A stretch of DNA of 64,000 nucleotides, from IMG/VR virus record IMGVR_UViG_3300042691_038416, positions 1-64,000 of that record. One strand, given 5' to 3'. The notes under the pieces are model-generated. The model saw only the letters and a list, made by a program, of their open reading frames with translations. It was not told where the DNA came from and ran no database searches. Positions 58,543 through 64,000 of this stretch are shown in pieces. Numbering within the stretch: the stretch's first letter is position 1; each line of letters starts with the position of its first letter. The DNA comes from a virus. The translations under genes and the position numbers were made by a program.

Positions 58543-58890
58543 AACTTTTATTTTTATTTAATATATAAAATGGGGTCCTGGAAGCCAAGCAGTATATACT
58601 TTGTCGACGGTGAAAGATTTTTAAAAGGAAAGATTTTGGTTTTTATGGGGAGATATCAAAAGGGGTTAAATGGAAATTGTGGGATTTATTTCTGTTTTTT
58701 GATAAGTTTATCATGGGGTAGAAATGGATAGGTTTAATATATAAATATATACAATCGAGCCGCACTATACGTTTAAGATCTAAAAATTAATGATATTCCC
58801 GTTTGCCCAACACGTACCGTTATATGGATAATAACGCGCGTGGTGCTATAATACAGGCGTATATGTACGTACGTACACGCCCAGGAGTAC

Positions 58891-58932
58891 GGAGGTGGGA
58901 CCTTACGGTCCCGCCCTCCTATAACACACACA
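58891..58932 (-). repeat. Hairpin plus GU-rich element, copy 1
   Basis: GGAGG-TGGGACC/GGTCCCG-CCTCC hairpin; CGCCCTCCTATAACACACACA (58912-58932) matches 62244-62264 at 20/21 nt. Confidence 0.7.
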
Positions 58933-58940
58933 ATTTCTAA

Positions 58941-59324
58941 TTACGCGTTTTCAGTGCTCGCAACTTCCGCATGTGCGGTGCTCTCACTGTTACGGCTTGG
59001 GCGACCACGTTTAACTTCAGCACCCGATGTTTTTGCTGCTAGTGCCTGTTGACGTTTACTGTTTACATTCACCGGACGGCCTTTACTTAGTGTTCCACCT
59101 GCTGCTACTTTCTCAGCACGTGCCGCTAGTACTGCTTGACGTTTCGATCCTGCTACAGCTGGTCTACCGCGTTTCAATTCTCCCGCTGCACGTTTTGCTT
59201 CACGGTCGGCGATTTTCTTCTGGCGAGCGCTCTCAGGATTTGCTGGACGGCCCAATGCTTTTGCTACGTTTGTTTCTACGTTCGCTACTGCTTTTTCTGT
59301 TGATACTGATTTTTTCTTGCTCAT
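58941..59324 (-). CDS. AT-hook repeat DNA-binding protein
   Basis: Four GRP cores (LGRP, KRGRP, KGRP, KRGRP), the first three followed by S[AK]RQ; paralogue of 61605..61904. Confidence 0.7.
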   Translation of the reverse strand: MSKKKSVSTEKAVANVETNVAKALGRPANPESARQKKIADREAKRAAGELKRGRPAVAGSKRQAVLAARAEKVAAGGTLSKGRPVNVNSKRQQALAAKTSGAEVKRGRPSRNSESTAHAEVASTENA

Positions 59325-59398
59325 GCGATTTGTGTTTTTTAATTATTAATTATTTATTTATTTTATTTACTGAATATATGATTAAGGTTCTTGATAGC

Positions 59399-59542
59399 CT
59401 AGCGCTTAATTGCATCATATAATTCTGCTATGTTTACTATAACCCACAATGTTAACATAACAGGAATTGCAGTCGGGTGTGATTGGTGTATTGGGCTGTT
59501 CCAAACCAAATAAAATAAAATGTAGGCGATGATGTCTTTCAT
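59399..59542 (-). CDS. Small membrane protein
   Basis: Not in ORF track. 47 aa MKDIIAYILFYLVWNSPIHQSHPTAIPVMLTLWVIVNIAELYDAIKR; own promoter; AAACACATG start. Confidence 0.7.
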   Translation of the reverse strand: MKDIIAYILFYLVWNSPIHQSHPTAIPVMLTLWVIVNIAELYDAIKR

Positions 59543-59608
59543 GTGTTTAAATGTTTTAAATTATACTTAAATATATGATACTAAATTCTGTTTACCTAGC
59601 AGTAGGCG

Positions 59609-59872
59609 TTAACTGTTTGTTAACGCCATTTTAATTTCCTCCAACTGTTTAACCAACTTACTGGCATCGCCTTTTAATCCAAAATATGTCTTCACATTAC
59701 TTATTTTCCAGTGGCGATTCGGTTTAATTCCTTTAGCGTATAAACTGCAGTCACGGATGCTTAAAATCAGGTTCCAGTACCCCATAGGCATTACATTACC
59801 ATTTACATTCACCGTTCTTGATTCGTCGGTCATGTCTTTAAAGAATTGTGTGTTTGAGCTAAGTGTTATCAT
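59609..59872 (-). CDS. Hypothetical early protein
   Basis: 87 aa; own promoter; AAAACACATG start. Confidence 0.7.
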   Translation of the reverse strand: MITLSSNTQFFKDMTDESRTVNVNGNVMPMGYWNLILSIRDCSLYAKGIKPNRHWKISNVKTYFGLKGDASKLVKQLEEIKMALTNS

Positions 59873-59910
59873 GTGTTTTAATTTTTTAATTTACCTAAAT
59901 ATAAGTTAAC

Positions 59911-60099
59911 TCACTCCGAGACCCTAGCGGCGCGCTTATCCTTCACCATCGCCGCTAGTTCGACTAACATGTTCGGGTACCTTATAAATGTAGCTGCTGC
60001 TGTCTCTGCTACCTCGCGGGACGTCTCTGGGTACACGAACATGATGTCTGTGATCAAATCCTCGAGCACCATATCAATCTGTTTGTTATTCAAAAGCAC
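59911..60099 (-). CDS. Hypothetical early protein
   Basis: 62 aa; GTG start overlapping upstream lipoprotein end. Confidence 0.5.
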   Translation of the reverse strand: MLLNNKQIDMVLEDLITDIMFVYPETSREVAETAAATFIRYPNMLVELAAMVKDKRAARVSE

Positions 60100-60265
60100 A
60101 GTATTGAGTATTTACGTTAGACAATTTGTGGCGGCTATAATAAGCCTGTTTAGACGATGAACATGATGTCATTGCCATCATAATCGCTAGAATAATTAGT
60201 GTAGCAGTAGCTGCTTGAAATGTTGACATCACTAGATGTTGTGTGAAATTTAAAGCTTTTTTCAT
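60086..60265 (-). CDS. Small lipoprotein
   Basis: Not in ORF track. 59 aa MKKALNFTQHLV...IILAIMMAMTSCSSSKQ...; lipobox MTSC; own promoter. Confidence 0.65.
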   Translation of the reverse strand: MKKALNFTQHLVMSTFQAATATLIILAIMMAMTSCSSSKQAYYSRHKLSNVNTQYCAFE

Positions 60266-60319
60266 GTGTTTATGTTTTTAAATTATTTTACTAAATATAA
60301 ATTATATTATTAAATAATC

Positions 60320-60598
60320 CTAGCGCTGCCACTCAGCAGCTGTCCCCCAGTACTCAATACAAAACGAATCACATCTGGTAATTTGCATCTTATATCCCTC
60401 AGTTTGCTTATAAAATTCAAGTGCGGCGATTGAATCTTTAGTGTCCATAATAAAAAAGTTGGTGGTGATTGACCCTGATACATCCTGGCCACCATAAAGT
60501 TTAGCCTTATTTATGAAAGACGCTTTATACATGTGTCCATCTTTCTTACAGGCAGTCATACTTAAAATTGCAAACGCGATAACGGCTAATTTTTTCAT
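60320..60598 (-). CDS. Lipoprotein
   Basis: MKKLAVIAFAILSMTAC lipobox; paralogue of 60645..60914 (TTxF...YKxT...DS..IxYWGT..EW). Confidence 0.75.
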   Translation of the reverse strand: MKKLAVIAFAILSMTACKKDGHMYKASFINKAKLYGGQDVSGSITTNFFIMDTKDSIAALEFYKQTEGYKMQITRCDSFCIEYWGTAAEWQR

Positions 60599-60644
60599 GT
60601 GCTTTTTATTTTTGTTTGAATATAAGTTAATGGACCTGGTGATC

Positions 60645-60914
60645 CTATCTACCTTGTGCTTTCCACTCCTTGCGAGTACCCCAATATGTGATTGTAACTG
60701 AGTCTGACTTAGGCATCAGTTCCTTAAACACAGACGTTTCCTTATACCAGTCCCAGCAGGCGGTATCTTCCTTAGACACGTGAATAAAATCTGTTGTCAC
60801 TAACATGCCTGTGTTTTCTAACTCCTGGTAGTAGGCGACCTCGTAAACATATTTTTTGCTAGCGCATGAGGCGAAGATTGAAGATGATATAATAATAATA
60901 ATTAATTTTTTCAT
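60645..60914 (-). CDS. Lipoprotein (internal start within the long ORF)
   Basis: MKKLIIIIISSSIFASC lipobox at 60914; degenerate promoter at 60935-60961; paralogue of 60320..60598. Confidence 0.65.
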   Translation of the reverse strand: MKKLIIIIISSSIFASCASKKYVYEVAYYQELENTGMLVTTDFIHVSKEDTACWDWYKETSVFKELMPKSDSVTITYWGTRKEWKAQGR

Positions 60915-61523
60915 ATAATTTTTAATTTTAGATGAACATAGGATAAAAGAATCTGCTTCCCTAGCAGGTACTCCCTCGGGCTCAAAGTACCAGCGCTGGT
61001 TATTATAATCTGCTATTTTATTTACCTCGGCAAGTTCACCGTAGGAATTTTTTACGTGCTCAAAGATCATCTTATAGTCTGGCGAATCACCTGGTATCAC
61101 GCCTCCTAAGAGGTCGGCGAACCTAGAGTTTGAGGCATCGACGGTCTCTTGATCCGCAGACACCCCACAGTAACTAGCCTCTTTAACCTCGCTGATAAAC
61201 ATCCCAGTGTAGAGACCTTTTAGGCGGTGCCGTCCGACAAATTGATCTGCGTTGCACCAGATGAAAATACAGTGCTTGTCTCTTAAAAGTGGAACCTGCT
61301 TTTCTCCTACGGCATATAATCCTTCGCCTATCCTAGAGACATTCATCAATCCATAAGGTGTCCCGTGGCCCATCATCAAAATTTGATCGTGCGAGCGGAT
61401 TTCCTTCTCCAGACGGTGTCTAGAAACTCCTTTTGTTAACACAGTAGCACCCTCTAGGCCGCTGTAGATAGGGCGAAGAAAATCTGTTGATCGATCGTCT
61501 GGATGAATGATTAAGGTTTTCAT
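60645..61523 (-). CDS. Hypothetical enzyme-like protein in frame with the downstream lipoprotein
   Basis: Start reassigned to MKTLIIHP (61523) after the promoter at 61547; MMGHG and IWCNA suggest a His/Cys (CHAT/caspase-like) pair. Confidence 0.5.
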   Translation of the reverse strand: MKTLIIHPDDRSTDFLRPIYSGLEGATVLTKGVSRHRLEKEIRSHDQILMMGHGTPYGLMNVSRIGEGLYAVGEKQVPLLRDKHCIFIWCNADQFVGRHRLKGLYTGMFISEVKEASYCGVSADQETVDASNSRFADLLGGVIPGDSPDYKMIFEHVKNSYGELAEVNKIADYNNQRWYFEPEGVPAREADSFILCSSKIKNYMKKLIIIIISSSIFASCASKKYVYEVAYYQELENTGMLVTTDFIHVSKEDTACWDWYKETSVFKELMPKSDSVTITYWGTRKEWKAQGR

Positions 61524-61604
61524 AGGCTGTAATTTTATAATTATTAAATATAAGGCGAGGGGTAAGGGGACCCTAACCGGGTCCCTTCCCTTTACTTTAA
61601 CCAA

Positions 61605-61904
61605 TTAACCTCTTTCTAATTCAACAACATCTGAATTATTCTTCTTGGCTAACGCTACTTGGCGCTTTGAATTTACATTAACCGGCCTTCCCTTCTTAAG
61701 CTCAATTCCATTACTAACCTTCTCATTACGCTTCTTAATAATTTCTTGGCGCTTAGATCCCTCAATAACTGGGCGACCTCGTTTCAACAACCCCGCCTCT
61801 CGTTTGGCGTTACGATCTTGAATTTTCATTTGACGTGCACTGTTTGGATTAGCTGGACGTCCTTTTTGTTTTGTTTCTGTGGTGTTTGTGATTGTGTTTT
61901 TCAT
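61605..61904 (-). CDS. AT-hook repeat DNA-binding protein
   Basis: KGRP, KRGRP, KKGRP, each followed by S[AK]RQ. Confidence 0.7.
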   Translation of the reverse strand: MKNTITNTTETKQKGRPANPNSARQMKIQDRNAKREAGLLKRGRPVIEGSKRQEIIKKRNEKVSNGIELKKGRPVNVNSKRQVALAKKNNSDVVELERG

Positions 61905-61981
61905 AACCTTTTTTTTTAATTGTTTTTATTATTTATTTTTTAACATTTTAAATATATGTAACTGAACCCTGAAATCCTAAC

Positions 61982-62137
61982 TTAAAATTGAATCAAATCA
62001 ATTGCTTTTGTTCCAATACTTTTCCCATTCTTATAAACCCAATAATTTGGATCCATACCTGATGCCATGATGTCATCTAATAATTCATGAATGGTGTTGA
62101 ATTTCTTTTTGTAATACTTACAGTTGAGTGTGTACAT
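61982..62137 (-). CDS. Small hypothetical early protein
   Basis: Not in ORF track. 51 aa MYTLNCKYYKKKFNTIHELLDDIMASGMDPNY...; own promoter. Confidence 0.65.
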   Translation of the reverse strand: MYTLNCKYYKKKFNTIHELLDDIMASGMDPNYWVYKNGKSIGTKAIDLIQF

Positions 62138-62225
62138 ATCTTATTTTTCTTTTATTTAAATATAAGTAACAGGATCCTGTATGCCTAACCTGGCCTTAAA
62201 AATGGAAATAAACGTTTTAAAAAGC

Positions 62226-62270
62226 GGAGAGCGCCCACAACAGCGCCCTCCTAAAACACACACATGAAAA
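62226..62270 (-). repeat. Hairpin plus GU-rich element, copy 2 (candidate antisense sRNA)
   Basis: GGAG-A-GCGC/GCGC-C-CTCC hairpin; minus-strand RNA reads UUUUCAUGUGUGUGUUUUAGGAGGGCG. Confidence 0.6.
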
Positions 62271-62286
62271 TCACTATAAACACTAG

Positions 62287-62385
62287 TCGCTGAGGTGAGA
62301 TTCGAACTCACATTTTCTACTCTGGCCTTAACCGCGGGTTGACCTTTTTCGAGGTGTTATCCATTTAATTTTACACTACTCAGCT
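62287..62385 (-). ncRNA. tRNA-like RNA with aberrant anticodon/variable region
   Basis: Acceptor GCTGAG/CTCAGC, U8A9, D stem GTGT/ACAC, perfect T arm GTGAG-TTCGAAT-CTCAC; 41-nt non-canonical central region. Confidence 0.65.
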
Positions 62386-62386
62386 T

Positions 62387-62446
62387 GGCTCTGCCTCTTA
62401 TGAGGTGGCTTTATACATCAGCCTTGGGTCTCAAACCCTCAGAACC
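62387..62446 (-). ncRNA. Compact four-way-junction (cloverleaf-like) RNA
   Basis: 7-bp GGUUCUG/CAGAGCC closing three hairpins (GGGU/ACCC, GGCU/AGCC, CCUC/GAGG); no TTC loop. Confidence 0.5.
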
Positions 62447-62482
62447 TGAATTGGCCCGTCGGCCCCATCCGTCGATGGTTTG

Positions 62483-62555
62483 TTGCGGAGACAGGAATCG
62501 AACCTGTGACCTCCAGGTTATGAGCCTGGCGAGCTACCTCTGCTACCACTCCGCG
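62483..62555 (-). tRNA. tRNA-Met(CAT), initiator-like
   Basis: CGCGGAG/CTCCGCA acceptor with C1:A72 mismatch; anticodon arm CCAGG-CTCATAA-CCTGG; T loop TTCGATT; CCA not encoded. Confidence 0.9.
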
Positions 62556-62566
62556 ATATTTCTTTG

Positions 62567-62651
62567 TACTCGGGGCGGGGGTCGAACCCGCACGGCCTCT
62601 TCGGCCAAGGGATTTTAAGTCCCTCGTGTATACCAGTTTCACCACCCGAGC
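62567..62651 (-). tRNA. tRNA-Leu(TAA)
   Basis: GCTCGGG/CCCGAGT acceptor; AGGGA-CTTAAAA-TCCCT anticodon arm; long variable arm GGCC/GGCC; CCA not encoded. Confidence 0.93.
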
Positions 62652-62657
62652 ATACTT

Positions 62658-62894
62658 TTAATTCACATTCACTTCAATCGTACCTAACATCTCTGACTCT
62701 AACACTTCTAAAACACACTCTACTATGTGAACCTTCCTTGGCTCTAACTTTGGCTTTAACCCTGGCTCTACTCCCAGTACTTCATTTAATATTTCTAATA
62801 ATTCCTCTGGCTCTAAGCCCACTATATTCATTACTGTTTCCACTGGATGGCCTGCGGCTATCATTTGGAGTGCTGTGTGTGATTTGTTTTTCAT
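62658..62894 (-). CDS. Small acidic HTH-like protein
   Basis: 78 aa; GHPVETVMNIVGLEPEEL; own promoter, which probably also drives the tRNA cluster. Confidence 0.55.
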   Translation of the reverse strand: MKNKSHTALQMIAAGHPVETVMNIVGLEPEELLEILNEVLGVEPGLKPKLEPRKVHIVECVLEVLESEMLGTIEVNVN

Positions 62895-62948
62895 AACCTT
62901 TTTTTCTTATAAATTAAATATATGAAGCTGGATTTTGAAAGCCAAATC

Positions 62949-63155
62949 TTACTTTGAAAGAATTTCTTGAATTTCTTGTTTAACAGAATCAGACATTGGT
63001 GCCCCTGAAGTTTCATAACACCACAATAATTGTTTAGCCAACAATTTTTTGTCCTGTAATGAAATGTTGTCGTTCCATTTTAGTAATCCTGTAATTGTTC
63101 CTGTCATGTAACTTGAAAGTGAACTTAAGGTGAAATACTTTTCAGCGTAATCCAT
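62949..63155 (-). CDS. Hypothetical early protein
   Basis: 68 aa; own promoter. Confidence 0.65.
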   Translation of the reverse strand: MDYAEKYFTLSSLSSYMTGTITGLLKWNDNISLQDKKLLAKQLLWCYETSGAPMSDSVKQEIQEILSK

Positions 63156-63313
63156 AGTGTCTTTGTGTTTTTTATTATGATTAAATATATGAAGTTGAAT
63201 CTAGTAAGCCAAATTTGGGGGTATATCCTTATATCTCTTGTATAGGGGAGAAGGGGGCGGGATCGCAACAGGGGGGTTACCTTACCACCACTCTCCTATC
63301 ACCCATTCATCTC

Positions 63314-63374
63314 CACACCTGTCACATACTATACTTATATACATATTTGTTTATATTGTTATAGGACAGGTGTG
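63314..63374. repeat. 10-bp inverted repeat flanking an AT-rich spacer
   Basis: CACACCTGTC (63314-63323) and GACAGGTGTG (63365-63374). Confidence 0.7.
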
Positions 63375-63385
63375 ACATACGTTTG

Positions 63386-63601
63386 TCACCCATTTCTCTC
63401 CATCTCATCCACTTTATCTTGAATCTGCTCCATTAGGATTGGATCACTTATCTCATATCCACTTTTGGTCCTCAATGTACAATCAATCACTTTACCTTCC
63501 TCATTCAACCATTCTTTATAGAACACCACCTCACCTGTTTCAAGTTGAAATCGATATTCCGCCTCTGTCACTGTTGATTTACTTGTGAATAATAGTTCCA
63601 T
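63386..63601 (-). CDS. Hypothetical early protein
   Basis: 71 aa; own promoter; AAAAACACATG start. Confidence 0.65.
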   Translation of the reverse strand: MELLFTSKSTVTEAEYRFQLETGEVVFYKEWLNEEGKVIDCTLRTKSGYEISDPILMEQIQDKVDEMERNG

Positions 63602-63652
63602 GTGTTTTTATTTTTTATTTGAATTGAATATATGTTATCCTACTTTGTAAGC

Positions 63653-63949
63653 CTATCCCAAAAATACCTTCAACGTCCTACCCCCATCTTGATATGACAA
63701 TTCAATATCTATAAAATCATTTGTTTCCTTATACAATGTCATAATCCGTCCCGCTCGCATACTGTTTTTAGCATGATTGATCACCTCAAATCGAGTCACG
63801 TTATAATCATTTTTCAATTGATGTAACATTTGTTCTTTCAACCCTACCTGTTCAATGATGTATTGCATTGTTTCCCCATCCACATCCATTTCATTTAGTG
63901 TTTGAATGATGTAGTTGATTCTTGCTTCGTTGTGTTCTGAGTGTGTCAT
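63653..63949 (-). CDS. Hypothetical early protein
   Basis: 98 aa; VTRFEVINH...SYQDGGRTLKVF. Confidence 0.65.
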   Translation of the reverse strand: MTHSEHNEARINYIIQTLNEMDVDGETMQYIIEQVGLKEQMLHQLKNDYNVTRFEVINHAKNSMRAGRIMTLYKETNDFIDIELSYQDGGRTLKVFLG

Positions 63950-64000
63950 GTTATTTTCTTATTTATTGATTCTTACCATATATTGTCCTTCCACGATACG

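Noticed and set aside
2401-60495. Nested minus-strand alternative-frame ORFs (2401..2586, 30662..30853, 45658..45897, 60310..60495)
   Set aside because: Lie within or almost entirely overlap longer, better-supported genes; no independent start signals
1178-60701. Short plus-strand ORFs in the track (e.g. 1178..1384, 14918..15193, 31638..31922, 59027..59422)
   Set aside because: They lie antisense to well-supported minus-strand genes and lack recognisable motifs or promoter context; treated as shadow ORFs
62385-62896. ORFs 62385..62618, 62439..62645 and 62564..62896
   Set aside because: Overlap the tRNA genes; artefacts of GC-rich RNA sequence
57222-63655. Regularly recurring motif considered as a CRISPR array or integron attC array
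   Set aside because: Repeats are two short boxes with a variable 19-nt spacer separated by whole genes, are not palindromic attC-like sites, and no cas or integrase gene is present; promoter interpretation fits better
1-64000. Stop-codon reassignment (TAG/TGA recoding as in some large Bacteroidota phages)
   Set aside because: Portal, terminase, primase and baseplate genes are full length in the standard code, coding density is high, and no suppressor tRNA is seen

Overview
A 64-kb segment of a large AT-rich, T4-like (contractile-tailed) bacteriophage genome with essentially every real gene on the minus strand. The host is probably Bacteroidota (inference): there are no Shine-Dalgarno motifs, start regions are A-rich, promoters resemble the -33/-7 type, and there is an Hc1-like protein plus lipoproteins with D-[ST]-[ALV] sequons. 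In transcription order (right to left) the window holds: (i) an early region (about 57-64 kb) of mini-genes, most with their own copy of a fixed-spacing promoter (GG-N19-TATATT), including five small lipoproteins, two AT-hook paralogues, tRNA-Leu(TAA), an initiator-type tRNA-Met and two non-canonical tRNA-like RNAs; (ii) an HD hydrolase, a gp55-like sigma factor and the baseplate/tail module (38-55 kb); (iii) a GIY-YIG nuclease, primase and exonuclease; (iv) a late block (about 20-36 kb) of mostly unknown proteins sharing an amphipathic LKxxIKEEI-like tag and [LI]-x-E sites, which looks like a head-packaged, protease-matured payload and includes two tandem Pol-beta nucleotidyltransferases (one a four-domain polyprotein), a HAD nucleotidase and a PD-(D/E)XK nuclease; (v) accessory enzymes (papain protease, FAD oxidoreductase, VWA/MoxR pair, DUF6884-like), fibre genes, large terminase and portal. 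Best candidates for undescribed biology: the capsid-targeting/polyprotein payload with its nucleotidyltransferase cluster, a duplicated GU-rich element antisense to the shared start regions of early genes, and the aberrant cloverleaf RNAs. All family assignments come from motif recognition by eye; no database search was run.
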